A DNA stretch of 64,000 nt from an uncultured Bacilli bacterium (GTDB lineage: Bacteria; Bacillota_I; Bacilli_A; RF39; UBA660). The position numbers and the translations under genes are program-made. How positions within the stretch are numbered: position 1 is the first letter of the stretch; every line of letters begins with the position of its first letter. The notes beneath the pieces were generated by a model. The model worked only from the letters and a program-made list of their open reading frames with translations. It did no database searches and was not told the DNA's origin. This document shows, in pieces, positions 37,494 to 48,295 of the stretch. The stretch covers positions 63 to 64,062 of the forward strand of contig CAKOSP010000005.1 in NCBI GenBank assembly GCA_934102335.1, in the 5' to 3' direction.

Positions 37494-39582
37494 ACATGGT
37501 GGCCCTATGGGTGGCTTTGAAAAATCTAAAGATTTTAAAGGAACAATTTTAAGATTATTTAAAAGCTTAAATAAATGGCGTGCAGTTTTAATTGTCGCTA
37601 TGGTTTTGGCTTTCTCAAGTGCTATATTATCTACCATTGCTCCTAATAAGTTATCTAGTTTAACTGACGTTATTACTGATGGTATTAAACCAAATACTGA
37701 AAAGTTAAAAGATGTAAGTCAAACAATTTATTCAAATGCTATAAAGAATTTTGTACTTAAAAATACAAAATATTATATTGATCAAACAAATGCTGTTGAT
37801 GATTTTAATTTATTAAGTTTGGAAGATAAAAAGAATTATTTAGAAGACGTAGAAATTGATGGAAATATAGTTTCTGTTGATGATCAAGTAAAGTTTTTTG
37901 AAATAATAAGTGAACTTAATGAAGATATGGTTACACAGGATATGCTTTCTAAGTTGGATGAGTTACCTGATACAATATATAATATTGTTAAACCAACTAT
38001 GGATTTAACTAAAGTTAAAAATTTTGCTATTTTACTTTCTGTTATATACATAACTAGTGCCCTTTTTGGTTACGTTCAATCATTTTTAATGTCCACGGTT
38101 TCAAATAATTACGCTAAAAAACTTAGAAATGATATAAGTGTTAAAATTAATAAATTACCTTTAAATTATTTTGATAAACATGAAACTGGCGATGTGTTAT
38201 CAAGAGTTACTAATGATGTTGATTCAGTGGCCCAAAATATGAATAATAGTTTATCATCTTTAATTTCAAGTGTAACTTTATTTATAGGTTCTATTATAAT
38301 GATGTTTGTTACAAATAGTCTTATGGCTTTGACTGCAATTTTAGCAAGTTTATTTGGTTTTGGCTTTTCATTTGCTTTGTTAAAAAAATCTCAAAAATAT
38401 TTTAAAGAAAGACAAGAATTATTAGGTAATTTAAATGGACATATTGAAGAAATTTATTCTGGACATAATGTAGTAAAAACTTATAATGGTGAACAATCAG
38501 CTTTAGAAGAATTCGATAATATAAATAAAAAACTATATAATTCCAATCAAAAAAGTCAGTTCTTATCTGGTATAATGCAACCATTAATGGCTTTTATTGG
38601 TAATTTTGGTTATGTTGCTGTATGTGTTGTGGGAGCTTTACTTGTTATGAATGGTAAGACTTCTTTTGGTACAATAGTGGCTTTTATGATATATGTTAGA
38701 TTATTTACTAATCCGCTTTCAATGATTGCTCAATCATTATCTAGTTTACAAATTATTGCGGCTTCAGCTGAAAGAGTATTTGAATTTTTAGATGAAAAAG
38801 AAATGTGTGATGAATCACATTTATCTGACTCTTTAAGTTTAAATCAAGCTAAAGGTAATATTGAATTTAAACATGTTAAATTTGGTTATGATGATACAAG
38901 AGTTATAATTAAAAATTTTAGTGCTAATGTTAAATCTGGCCAAAAAATTGCTATAGTTGGTCCTACTGGTGCAGGAAAGACAACAATGGTTAATTTATTA
39001 ATGAAATTTTATGATATTAAAGATGGAGATATTTTAATTGATGGTAAATCTATTAAAAATCTTACTAGAGAAAATATTCATAAATTATTTGTTATGGTTT
39101 TACAAGATACTTGGTTATTTGATGGCACTATAAAGGAAAATATTAAATTCAATAATGAGAATGTTAGTGATGAGAAAATTTGGGAGGTTTGTGACACTGT
39201 TGGTATTAGTCATTTTATTAAAACTTTACCAAATGGATTAGATGCTAAGTTAAATGAAAATGATACAATTAGTCAAGGTCAAAAACAGCTTATAACTATT
39301 GCTCGAGGAATGATTGAAAATGCTCCTTTCTTAATTTTGGATGAGGCTACATCAAATGTTGATACAAGAACAGAAGAATTAGTTCAAAAGGCTATGGATA
39401 AATTAACAGTTGGTAAAACTTCTTTTATAATTGCTCACAGATTATCAACAATTAAAAATGCTGATTTAATTTTAGTAATGAACGAAGGAAATATAATTGA
39501 ACAAGGAACACATGAACAACTTTTAGAAAAAAATGGCTTTTATGCTAAACTTTATAACTCTCAATTTGAACAATTAATATAA
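37486..39582 (+). CDS. ABC exporter, fused permease and ATPase, half-transporter 2, with an ~110-aa extracytoplasmic insertion
   Basis: GPTGAGKTT, signature ISQGQKQL, Walker B LILDEATS. Confidence 0.9.
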   Translation: MPRHGGPMGGFEKSKDFKGTILRLFKSLNKWRAVLIVAMVLAFSSAILSTIAPNKLSSLTDVITDGIKPNTEKLKDVSQTIYSNAIKNFVLKNTKYYIDQTNAVDDFNLLSLEDKKNYLEDVEIDGNIVSVDDQVKFFEIISELNEDMVTQDMLSKLDELPDTIYNIVKPTMDLTKVKNFAILLSVIYITSALFGYVQSFLMSTVSNNYAKKLRNDISVKINKLPLNYFDKHETGDVLSRVTNDVDSVAQNMNNSLSSLISSVTLFIGSIIMMFVTNSLMALTAILASLFGFGFSFALLKKSQKYFKERQELLGNLNGHIEEIYSGHNVVKTYNGEQSALEEFDNINKKLYNSNQKSQFLSGIMQPLMAFIGNFGYVAVCVVGALLVMNGKTSFGTIVAFMIYVRLFTNPLSMIAQSLSSLQIIAASAERVFEFLDEKEMCDESHLSDSLSLNQAKGNIEFKHVKFGYDDTRVIIKNFSANVKSGQKIAIVGPTGAGKTTMVNLLMKFYDIKDGDILIDGKSIKNLTRENIHKLFVMVLQDTWLFDGTIKENIKFNNENVSDEKIWEVCDTVGISHFIKTLPNGLDAKLNENDTISQGQKQLITIARGMIENAPFLILDEATSNVDTRTEELVQKAMDKLTVGKTSFIIAHRLSTIKNADLILVMNEGNIIEQGTHEQLLEKNGFYAKLYNSQFEQLI

Positions 39583-39605
39583 TTTTGTAAATATTATGAT
39601 ATAAT

Positions 39606-41390
39606 GTGATAGTAGGGATGGTAATTATGGCATTATTTGATTTACGTTATTTACGATATTTAGGGTTAAAAAAAAGACCAAGTGCCCCTTGGAAAAAGTA
39701 TTATAATAGAAAAGATATGCGTATTCATGCTCCCAAAACATCTTTATATAGATTTTTTGTTAATAGAGTTGAAAAGGGAAAATATCAAAATAATGTTGCT
39801 ATAAATTACTTAGGTAAAAAAAGAACTTATAAAGAGTTTATTGCTCAAATAGATGAATGTGCTTGTGCATTTAAAGCTCAAGGAATTAGAAAGGGTGATG
39901 TTGTATCTATTCTTTCGGCTAATATTCCTGAGGCTTTAATTTCTTTTTATGCCTTAAATAAAATTGGGGCTGTAGCTAATATGTTACATCCCATGTTATC
40001 AGAAAATGAAATTAAGCAGGCTTTAAATGAATATTGTACAGTAGTAGTCGTAGCTATGGATATATGTTATAAGCAATTGAAAAATATAATTAATGATACT
40101 AGTGTTTATAAAACAATTATTGTGTCTGCTAAGGATTCAATGGGTATGATTACAAAAATATTTTATAAACTTACTCAAGATTATAAAATTAAAAAACCTC
40201 ATTTTGATAGTAAATATATTTATTGGCATGATTTTATTAAATCTGGAAGATATAAAAATCAAAATATAGAAGAACCGGGAAACAAGGATACTCCAGCAGT
40301 TATTTTACAAAGTGGAGGCTCAACTGGTACGCCTAAAGGAATAGTATTATCTAATGGTAATTTTAATGCAGCAACTTTATCGGCTTTTGCGGCTTATCCT
40401 GATTTATGCAAAGATGATGTGATTTTGGGTATTATGCCAATTTTTCATGGATTTGGTTTAGAAGTAAGTATAAATGATGCCTTTTGTTGTGGTGCTGAAG
40501 TAGTTTTAATTCCGACCTTTAAAGCTAGTACTTTTGATAGACTTTTAGTTAAATATAAACCAAGTGTTTTAGTGGGTGTTCCAACTTTATTTGAAGCATT
40601 AACTAGAAATGAAAGAATGGATGAGGTAGATCTTTCTAATTTAAAATATGTTATATCTGGTGGAGATACTCTAAACAAAGCAAGGGTAGAAAACATTAAT
40701 GATTTTTTACATTCACATGGGGCTAGAACTAATATGATACAAGGTTATGGTATGACCGAGGCAGTAGCAGCAATATCTGTTGATTTAAAACATGCCAGTA
40801 GACCAGGAACTATAGGAATACCATGGCCAAGTATTTATGTTAAGATATGTAAGCCTCATACAGAAATTGAAGTGCCTTATGGTACAGATGGAGAAATCTG
40901 TATTTGTGGTGATGTTGTTATGCTTGGTTATTATAATAATGAAAAAGAAACAAATGCAGCTTTAAGATTACATAAAGATGGTAATATTTGGTTACATTCT
41001 GGTGACATTGGATGTATGGACGAAGATGGATTTATACAGTATAAACAAAGATTAAAAAGAATGATTGTTTCTTCTGGTTATAATGTTTATCCTTCACAAA
41101 TTGAAGAAGTGTTGGAAACTCATCCAGGAGTTTTAGATGTTTCAGTAATTGGTGTTCCCCATCCTTATAAAATTGAAGTGCCTAAAGCATATATAGTTTT
41201 GAAAAAAGGTTATGTTGATAACACAAAATTTAGAGAAGAACTCAAAAGTATTTGTAAAAAGAATTTAGCTCATTACGCTATTCCTAAAGAAATAGAAGTA
41301 AGAGCTAGTTTACCTAAAACTATTGTGGGAAAAGTTGATTTTAGAAAGTTACAAGAGGAAAATATAAAAAGTAGAAACAAAGAGGTATAA
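39606..41390 (+). CDS. AMP-dependent synthetase / acyl-CoA ligase
   Basis: AMP-binding motif LQSGGSTGTPKG, GYGMTE, and a C-terminal GKVDFRKL. Confidence 0.8.
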   Translation: MIVGMVIMALFDLRYLRYLGLKKRPSAPWKKYYNRKDMRIHAPKTSLYRFFVNRVEKGKYQNNVAINYLGKKRTYKEFIAQIDECACAFKAQGIRKGDVVSILSANIPEALISFYALNKIGAVANMLHPMLSENEIKQALNEYCTVVVVAMDICYKQLKNIINDTSVYKTIIVSAKDSMGMITKIFYKLTQDYKIKKPHFDSKYIYWHDFIKSGRYKNQNIEEPGNKDTPAVILQSGGSTGTPKGIVLSNGNFNAATLSAFAAYPDLCKDDVILGIMPIFHGFGLEVSINDAFCCGAEVVLIPTFKASTFDRLLVKYKPSVLVGVPTLFEALTRNERMDEVDLSNLKYVISGGDTLNKARVENINDFLHSHGARTNMIQGYGMTEAVAAISVDLKHASRPGTIGIPWPSIYVKICKPHTEIEVPYGTDGEICICGDVVMLGYYNNEKETNAALRLHKDGNIWLHSGDIGCMDEDGFIQYKQRLKRMIVSSGYNVYPSQIEEVLETHPGVLDVSVIGVPHPYKIEVPKAYIVLKKGYVDNTKFREELKSICKKNLAHYAIPKEIEVRASLPKTIVGKVDFRKLQEENIKSRNKEV

Positions 41391-41391
41391 G

Positions 41392-42252
41392 ATGAAAAGG
41401 AAAGATGGTATTAGAGTAAAGAATCTTCATGGTATGGAGCAAATCTTAATTGATTTAAAACCTTTAAGATGTGATAGTGATGTTTATATTGATAAGGATT
41501 TAGATGTTACTAATCTAGTTAAGTATGTTGAAAGAATTAAAAAGACAGATAAAGATATTACTTATTTTCATGTATTTGTAGCAGTGATAGCTAAGCTTTT
41601 ATATAATAGAAACAAACTTAATAGATTTGTAGCAAATAGACATGTTTATGAACATAATGATATCGTTATATCATTTGTGGCTAAGGTTGCTTTTGAGGAT
41701 AAATCTGAAGAAATAATGGTTTTGATTCCTATTGAAAAAGATGATAATTTAAAAACTATTTCAATAAAAATTAAAGATAAGATTGATGGAGTAAGAAAGA
41801 GAAACGATAAGAAAAAAGGAGCTAATAATGCTATTGATGTAATTGGAAAATTACCAAATATAATAAGAGTTCCTTTAATGGGAATATTTAAATGGTTAGA
41901 TGATAAAGGAATGTTGCCTTCTAGTTTAACTAATGATAATTTATATTATAGTAGTGCTTTAGTTACAAATTTAGGTTCAATAGGATGTGGGGCTATTTAT
42001 CACAATATAACTAATTTTGGTACTTGTTCATCCATTACGGCTATTGGAGAAATTAAAGATAAAGAAATTATTAACAAAGATGGTAAAAAAGAGATTAGAA
42101 AATTATGTGATTTTGGTATAAACTTTGATGAAAGAGTTGCTGATGGTTTTTATTTAATTAAATCAATTAAATTATTACAATATATTTTTGATAATCCTAA
42201 ATTATTAGAGGAAGATATGAGTAAAATTATTGATATGTCAAAAGAGAAGTAG
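41392..42252 (+). CDS. Putative acyltransferase with a 2-oxoacid dehydrogenase E2 / CAT-like catalytic motif
   Basis: DERVADGFY matches the DHRxxDG-type catalytic motif. It starts 1 nt after the ligase stop. Confidence 0.45.
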   Translation: MKRKDGIRVKNLHGMEQILIDLKPLRCDSDVYIDKDLDVTNLVKYVERIKKTDKDITYFHVFVAVIAKLLYNRNKLNRFVANRHVYEHNDIVISFVAKVAFEDKSEEIMVLIPIEKDDNLKTISIKIKDKIDGVRKRNDKKKGANNAIDVIGKLPNIIRVPLMGIFKWLDDKGMLPSSLTNDNLYYSSALVTNLGSIGCGAIYHNITNFGTCSSITAIGEIKDKEIINKDGKKEIRKLCDFGINFDERVADGFYLIKSIKLLQYIFDNPKLLEEDMSKIIDMSKEK

Positions 42253-42262
42253 GAGAATTTTT

Positions 42263-42703
42263 ATGGATAAAAAAACTGAAATGAGAATGAAAAAGGTTAA
42301 GGAAGACACAAAGGGATTTTTAAAAGAATTTAAAGAATTTATTTCTCGTGGAAATGTTATGGATTTGGCTGTAGGTGTAATTATAGGTTCTGCTTTTGGA
42401 AAAATTGTTTCTTCACTTGTTGATAATATTTTAATGCCTCTTATAGGTATGATTATAGGTGGAATTAATTTTTCTACTTTGTCAATAACAGTAGGAACGG
42501 CACAAATACAGTATGGATTATTTTTACAAAATATAATTGATTTCTTAATTGTGGCTTTTTGTATTTTCTTAATTGTTAAATCACTCAATAAATTAAGTAA
42601 CATAAAGAAAAAAGAGCAGGAAAAACCTGCTGTTAAAGAAAAATCTGAAGAAGTTAAATTATTAGAAGAGATAAGAGATTTGTTAAAAAATAAAAAAAAT
42701 TAA
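42263..42703 (+). CDS. mscL: Large-conductance mechanosensitive channel
   Basis: [33 protein letters not shown] is the MscL signature. ATG at 42263 follows an AGGAG RBS. Confidence 0.9.
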   Translation: MDKKTEMRMKKVKEDTKGFLKEFKEFISRGNVMDLAVGVIIGSAFGKIVSSLVDNILMPLIGMIIGGINFSTLSITVGTAQIQYGLFLQNIIDFLIVAFCIFLIVKSLNKLSNIKKKEQEKPAVKEKSEEVKLLEEIRDLLKNKKN

Positions 42704-43152
42704 TTTAAAACATAAATAGCAATATTTAAGTATGTTGCAAATAAAACCCAAATAAGGTAAGGAATATTTAAATAGCCAATTGCCTTATTTTTTTTATAAA
42801 ATTTATATACCATGATGGTTACTAAAATATCTAGTAAAATTATCCAAATACTTGATAATAGTCTTAGTTTAAATGTGAAAAACAATATAGGCCATATTAA
42901 ATTTACTACTAATTGTCCATAATATAATTTATCTAAATTTTCATTTATTTCATTATTATTTTTAAGTATATAATATGATATTCCCATGTTTAAATATAAT
43001 ATTGACCAAACAATTGGAAAAAGAAAACTTGGTGGAGATAATGGAGGCTTAGTTATAATATTATAATCCATGCCATTTTTGGTTATAAGGCCAATACCTG
43101 CTCCTAAAACTATTGGAGTGAAAATGTAAAAATATTTTAAACTCTTTTTCAT
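42700..43152 (-). CDS. TspO/MBR family protein
   Basis: [26 protein letters not shown] and five TM helices. Confidence 0.75.
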   Translation of the reverse strand: MKKSLKYFYIFTPIVLGAGIGLITKNGMDYNIITKPPLSPPSFLFPIVWSILYLNMGISYYILKNNNEINENLDKLYYGQLVVNLIWPILFFTFKLRLLSSIWIILLDILVTIMVYKFYKKNKAIGYLNIPYLIWVLFATYLNIAIYVLN

Positions 43153-43209
43153 ATTACTAGTTTATGTAGTATAGATATTTTTATTCATAAAAAAAGATGA
43201 TAAGATCAT

Positions 43210-43461
43210 CTATAAAAAACTTAAATATTTTAATATAACTAGAATTATTATGCCTGGTAGACCAAGAATACCTACTACAAAAGAAGTAAATAGATTAATA
43301 GGTATATATAATATTTGTGTATAATTTATTATGTAAAGTACTATAAATCCTCCTAAAGCGTTTAATGCTAAACCGATTATTTTCTTTAGATTTAGATTTA
43401 ATATAAACTTTAAAATGATAATAAAAGCTAAGGCAATAATTATTATTTTTGCGTATTCCAT
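43210..43461 (-). CDS. bofA: BofA-family (pro-sigmaK processing inhibitor) small membrane protein
   Basis: GLALNALGGFIVLYIIN...IPINLFTSFVVGILGLPGIIILVILK matches BofA. Confidence 0.65.
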   Translation of the reverse strand: MEYAKIIIIALAFIIILKFILNLNLKKIIGLALNALGGFIVLYIINYTQILYIPINLFTSFVVGILGLPGIIILVILKYLSFL

Positions 43462-43497
43462 TTTTTCACCTCTCTATTATAAGAATATCATATTTTT

Positions 43498-44052
43498 TTA
43501 ATTTAATGAATTATATATTTCTTGATTATTTTTATATAGTATACCAAGCTTTATATTATAAGAGTCTTCTTTTATGAAAATGGTGGTTTTGGCAATAACA
43601 CAATTATTTAATTCTAATCTAAAATTTGATAAATCTGTTAAGATTTCATATTGTTTTGTTAATTCAAGGTTTTCAAAAGAACCATTTTTAATTGTTAAGT
43701 TGGCATCATATACACAGGTGTTTTTTTGATCACTATATTTTCTATTCAATTCTAAGTTATAATCAGTAATGTTATAATTTATTATTTTATCATTAAAACT
43801 TTGTTTTAAAAGTTTTAAGTCTTTTTTATTTTCATATAAATTTGTTATATTGTTGAAATTAAGTAAAAAAATGATTAATATTAGAAAAATAATGCTTATT
43901 ATTAATAACCATTTGGGTTTTAGGCTAATATTATAATCTTTATTAATTGGTAAGTTTTCAGTTTTTCTTTTACCTGTATCATAAAAACCTCCAGCTTTAA
44001 GAGCTCTTTTAATATTTCTTTTAGTTTTACCATAATAATTCATAATCATCAC
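43498..44052 (-). CDS. Hypothetical membrane-anchored protein, 184 aa
   Basis: N-terminal TM helix, no motif. Confidence 0.5.
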   Translation of the reverse strand: MMIMNYYGKTKRNIKRALKAGGFYDTGKRKTENLPINKDYNISLKPKWLLIISIIFLILIIFLLNFNNITNLYENKKDLKLLKQSFNDKIINYNITDYNLELNRKYSDQKNTCVYDANLTIKNGSFENLELTKQYEILTDLSNFRLELNNCVIAKTTIFIKEDSYNIKLGILYKNNQEIYNSLN

Positions 44053-44117
44053 AATTTAATTATAACAAAAAATTGTATAAAAAAACTAATCTATTATTAG
44101 ATTAGTTATTTTTTTAA

Positions 44118-44194
44118 TGGGGCGAAATAAGGGAGTCGAACCCTTGCATAACAGAGCCACAATCTGCCGTGTTAACCACTTCACCAATTCCGCC
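44118..44194 (-). tRNA. tRNA-His (anticodon GTG) with G-1
   Basis: The reverse complement folds as acceptor gcggaat/atttcgc preceded by an extra G, anticodon loop ttGTGgc, T-arm aaggg-ttcgact-ccctt, discriminator C and a CCA end. Confidence 0.85.
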
Positions 44195-44308
44195 ATATGC
44201 ATTACTAGAATATCAAAAAAAATTGTAAATTGCAAGTTTTCTTGCATATATAATTGTAAAAAAAACAAAGAATTGTTATAATTATACAAGAATAGGGTTG
44301 ATATACAT

Positions 44309-46627
44309 ATGGGAATTAGTAAATGTGAATTAGTTAAATTAAATGATTATTGGAATGCACTTAATTATTTATCTGTTGGAGAATTATATTTGATGGATAA
44401 TCCTTTGTTGAAAAGGCCATTAAAATTAAGTGATATAAAACCAGTTGTTGTAGGACATTTTGGTACTGTACCAGGTCAAAATTTAATTTATACTCATTTA
44501 AATAGGGTAATTAAAAAGTATAATTTAAATATGATTTATATATCTGGACCTGGTCATGGTGGTAATGGTCCAGTTGCCAATTCTTATTTGGAGGGAAGTT
44601 ATACTAAAATTTATCCTAATATAACTCAAGATGAAGCTGGAATGCAAAAGCTTATGAAGAGATTTAGTTTTCCTGGTGGTATTTCAAGTCATGATGCTCC
44701 TGAAAATCCTGGATCAATTCATGAAGGCGGAGAATTAGGCTATAGTATAGCTCATGCTTATGGAGCTATACTTGATAATCCAACATTAATAGCTGCTACT
44801 GTTGTAGGTGATGGTGAAGCTGAAACAGGTCCTTTGGCTACTTCTTGGCAATTAAATAAGTTTATAAATCCTAAAACTGATGGAGTTATACTTCCGATAT
44901 TGCATTTAAATCATTGGAAAATAAATAATCCAACAATACTTTCTAGAATATCAGAGGATGAATTATACGATTATTTTGTGGGAATGGGTTGGAAACCTTA
45001 TTTAGTTAAAGGTAGTAATCCAATGAAGCTTCATAAGAAAATGGCTAAAGTTATGGATGAAGTTATTCAAAATATATTGGAAATAAAAAGAAGAGCTAAT
45101 AAGTGTCTTGAAAGACCTTGGTGGCCAATGATTATTTTGGATACACCAAAAGGTTTAACTGGTCCTAAAGAAATAGTGGGAACTTATAAGTCACATCAAA
45201 TTCCTTTTCAAGTTAATGATGAAGAAACTTTAAAACGTTTAGAAAAGTGGTTAAGAAGTTATCATCCAGAAAATTTATTTAATGATGATGGAACTTTAAG
45301 AAGTGATTTAAAAGCATTAGTGCCTGATATAGATCATGTTATGGGATTAAATCCTGTAACAAATGGTGGAACAATATTAAAAGAATTAAATTTACCTGAT
45401 TTTCAAAATTATGGTGTTGAAGTTAAAAAACATGGTTGTGTAGAAGCCCAAGATATGATTGAATTAGGTGAATATTTAAGAGATGTATTTACTTTAAATA
45501 AGTGCAATAAAAATTTTAGAATGTTTGGTCCTGATGAAGCAGTATCAAATAGATTAACTAAAGTATTTGAAAGTGAAGGCAAAACTTGGGATTTACCCAT
45601 AAATAAAAAAGATGAAATGTTAAATATTGAAGGTAGAGTAATGGACTCAATGCTTTCAGAACATGTATGTGAAGGTGCTTTAGAGGGATATTTGTTAACT
45701 GGAAGGCATGGAATAATGCATTCTTATGAAGCATTTATAAGAATAGTTGATTCGATGACTAGTCAACATGCGAAGTGGATTAAAGTCTCAAAAGAACTGG
45801 GTTGGAGAAAACCAATCAGTTCTTTAAATTATATTTTAACTAGTCATGTATGGCAACAAGATCATAATGGATATACTCATCAAGATCCTGGATTTTTAAA
45901 CCATCTTGTTACTAAAAAAGCAGATATTGTAAGAATGTATTTACCAATTGATGCGAACACATTAATATCTTGTGTTGATCATTGTTTACAAACTAAGAAT
46001 TATATTAATGTTGTTGTAGCTTCTAAACATCCGAGATATCAATGGTTAAATAAAGAGGAAGCAAAAGATCATTGTATTAATGGAATTGGAACGTTTACAT
46101 GGGCTAGTTCAAACAATGGTAATAATCCAGAAATTATTTTAGGATGTTGTGGTGATACTCCGACCTTAGAGGTAATTGCTGCTGCCCAAATTCTTAAGGA
46201 ACGTGCTCCTAAAATTAGATTTAGAGTGGTAAATGTAATAGATTTATTTAGATTGCAATCTAATGATAAACATCCACATGGTTTAACAGATGAAAAATTT
46301 GATAAGTTATTTTCTAAAGATAAACCAGTGCTTTTCGTTTTCCATGGTTATCCTTCATTAATCCATGAACTTGTTTATAATAGAAATAATAGTAATTTCC
46401 ATGTTAGAGGTTATAATGAAGAAGGAACAATAACAACTCCTTTTGATATGCGTGTTCAAAATCATATTGATAGATATCATATTGTAATGGATGTTTTAAA
46501 ATATACAAGAAGAAATGTTCCTGAATTGCAAGATTATTGTGAAAAAATGTTGGAAAAACATTATAAATATATTAGAGAAAATGGAATTGACATTCCAGAA
46601 GTTAGAAACTTTAAATGGAAAGAGTAA
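44309..46627 (+). CDS. xfp: Xylulose-5-phosphate / fructose-6-phosphate phosphoketolase
   Basis: Conserved N-terminus (NALNYLSVGELYLMDNPLL) and TPP-binding EGGELGY...GDGEAETGP motifs. 772 aa. Confidence 0.9.
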   Translation: MGISKCELVKLNDYWNALNYLSVGELYLMDNPLLKRPLKLSDIKPVVVGHFGTVPGQNLIYTHLNRVIKKYNLNMIYISGPGHGGNGPVANSYLEGSYTKIYPNITQDEAGMQKLMKRFSFPGGISSHDAPENPGSIHEGGELGYSIAHAYGAILDNPTLIAATVVGDGEAETGPLATSWQLNKFINPKTDGVILPILHLNHWKINNPTILSRISEDELYDYFVGMGWKPYLVKGSNPMKLHKKMAKVMDEVIQNILEIKRRANKCLERPWWPMIILDTPKGLTGPKEIVGTYKSHQIPFQVNDEETLKRLEKWLRSYHPENLFNDDGTLRSDLKALVPDIDHVMGLNPVTNGGTILKELNLPDFQNYGVEVKKHGCVEAQDMIELGEYLRDVFTLNKCNKNFRMFGPDEAVSNRLTKVFESEGKTWDLPINKKDEMLNIEGRVMDSMLSEHVCEGALEGYLLTGRHGIMHSYEAFIRIVDSMTSQHAKWIKVSKELGWRKPISSLNYILTSHVWQQDHNGYTHQDPGFLNHLVTKKADIVRMYLPIDANTLISCVDHCLQTKNYINVVVASKHPRYQWLNKEEAKDHCINGIGTFTWASSNNGNNPEIILGCCGDTPTLEVIAAAQILKERAPKIRFRVVNVIDLFRLQSNDKHPHGLTDEKFDKLFSKDKPVLFVFHGYPSLIHELVYNRNNSNFHVRGYNEEGTITTPFDMRVQNHIDRYHIVMDVLKYTRRNVPELQDYCEKMLEKHYKYIRENGIDIPEVRNFKWKE

Positions 46628-46635
46628 ATTAATTG

Positions 46636-46662
46636 CCTGTTTTGAAAAAAACAGGTTTTTTT
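46636..46662 (+). terminator. Intrinsic terminator cctgttttg-aaaaaaacagg followed by ttttttt
   Basis: Direct reading. Confidence 0.75.
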
Positions 46663-46700
46663 ATGCTTTGTAATATGGTATCATATTAATGATAGGATAA

Positions 46701-48251
46701 GTGATTATGTTGAAGAAAATAAAAAATAAGAAAGTAATAATAACCTCAATAATAGTGGCAATATTAGTAGTGGCAACTTTGGGAGCAACTTATGCTTATT
46801 TTCAAGCAAGTATTGGAACGGGATCAAGTACAAGTACAAAAGTAACGGCATCCACTTTGGATTCTCTAACTTTTGCAACAGGTAATGCTATAACCTTGGA
46901 AGCTAATCAAACCAATTTTGCAAGTGGAAAGACAAATATAACAGGTACAACTTCAGCTAAGGCAACACTTACATCTAATGATGCTAGTAATACCTCAACT
47001 GAACATTATAATTTGTTTTTGAATATCTCAGATAATAACTTTAAATATAGTGTAAGTGAAAGTACACCAGAATTACTTCTTACAATAAAAGATGGAGATA
47101 ATAATGAAGTAACTAGTATAACAGGACTGGAACATAAAACCGTAACTGATGGAAAAGGAAATCAAATATCAGGATTTGATGTAACAACAAAAACAGGATT
47201 AATAACAATATTAAATAATAGAGAGATAACGGCATCACCAACAAAAGAAGAAACATGGAATGTAACTGTAACATTTGTAAATTATGCAAAAGATCAAACT
47301 GGTAATGAAAATAAAAGTTTTGAAGCCCAAATATTAATTACAAAAGATGATTTTAATTCCTATTCACCAAATATAATAAATTCATTAAGTGTAACAAGAA
47401 GTAGTGGAAATCTAACAGTAAAACTAAACTTAAATGAAGGAACAGATGAAATAGATAAATATTATTTTGCAATAAAAGAAAAAGATAGCTTGGCTATGAC
47501 AACTAATAAAAAAAGTAAAGTCATGATGTTAAGTAATAAAACACTTGCAGAAAACTCATTAACATATGTAGAAAGTAGCACAAACACTCATACCTTTAGT
47601 AATATAAGTGATAGTGGAGAATATGAAATATATGCTTATGCGGTAGATAAAAAGAAATTAAAAACTAATACATATAATTATAGTTTAACATCAAGTAGTT
47701 ATACTTTACCTGTGATAAATAGTGTAACTACAACAGCCTCTGATAGTAGTATAAAAATAGATGTAAGTGCCACAAAGGGAAGTAATGCAATATCAAAATA
47801 TTATTATTCAATAGATAGTGGAAACACATATGTAGAAAGTACCTCAAATAGTTATACATTTACAGGATTAAAAAGTGGAATAAACTACCGAATAATAGTT
47901 AAAGTAATTGATAGTAATAACAAATATTCGAATATATATGTTGTTAATGAAAAGATTGATACTTCGACTTCTTCGCTTATAATTTTTACATTTGAGGAAA
48001 ACAACAGTTCCTGTGCTGGAACTTATAAGGCAGAAAAAGACATGACTTGGGCTGAATGGGTAAAAAGTGATTATAATACAAATAAGTGTTTTGTAGTATT
48101 TAATTCAGAGATATATACATATATGGGTTCTTCATATGGTTATGTTGGAATTAAATATAAAAATACTAGTTCAGGAATAAAAAGTAGTTATACAATCAAA
48201 GACAATTATGTGTATGTTTTAGATGGTAGTCGAGCCTTTGATGTGGATTAA
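46701..48251 (+). CDS. Secreted/surface protein with a SipW-cognate-type signal peptide and two Fn3-like repeats
   Basis: N-terminus KKVIITSIIVAILVVATLGATYAYFQAS matches the SipW-cognate signal class, as in TasA and camelysin. Fn3-like units YYFAIKEKDS...EYEIYAYAVD and YYYSIDSGNTY...YTFTGLKSGINYRIIVKVID. Confidence 0.55.
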   Translation: MIMLKKIKNKKVIITSIIVAILVVATLGATYAYFQASIGTGSSTSTKVTASTLDSLTFATGNAITLEANQTNFASGKTNITGTTSAKATLTSNDASNTSTEHYNLFLNISDNNFKYSVSESTPELLLTIKDGDNNEVTSITGLEHKTVTDGKGNQISGFDVTTKTGLITILNNREITASPTKEETWNVTVTFVNYAKDQTGNENKSFEAQILITKDDFNSYSPNIINSLSVTRSSGNLTVKLNLNEGTDEIDKYYFAIKEKDSLAMTTNKKSKVMMLSNKTLAENSLTYVESSTNTHTFSNISDSGEYEIYAYAVDKKKLKTNTYNYSLTSSSYTLPVINSVTTTASDSSIKIDVSATKGSNAISKYYYSIDSGNTYVESTSNSYTFTGLKSGINYRIIVKVIDSNNKYSNIYVVNEKIDTSTSSLIIFTFEENNSSCAGTYKAEKDMTWAEWVKSDYNTNKCFVVFNSEIYTYMGSSYGYVGIKYKNTSSGIKSSYTIKDNYVYVLDGSRAFDVD

Positions 48252-48254
48252 TTA

Positions 48255-48277
48255 GGAAAGTTTAAACTTTCCTTTTT
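48255..48277 (+). terminator. Intrinsic terminator ggaaagttt/aaactttcc followed by ttttt
   Basis: Perfect 9-bp palindrome. Confidence 0.75.
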
Positions 48278-48295
48278 AAGTGGTATAATTATTTT

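Noticed and set aside
38402-38584. Antisense ORF in the ABC exporter gene
   Set aside because: Spurious.
40445-40696. Antisense ORF in the acyl-CoA ligase gene
   Set aside because: Spurious.
42238-42603. Antisense 121-aa ORF opposite mscL
   Set aside because: The mscL call is unambiguous, so the antisense frame is spurious.
44086-44289. 67-aa ORF on the minus strand
   Set aside because: The interval is occupied by tRNA-His on the same strand, so the ORF is a by-product of the tRNA sequence and the promoter region.
45409-45600. Antisense ORF inside the phosphoketolase gene
   Set aside because: Spurious.
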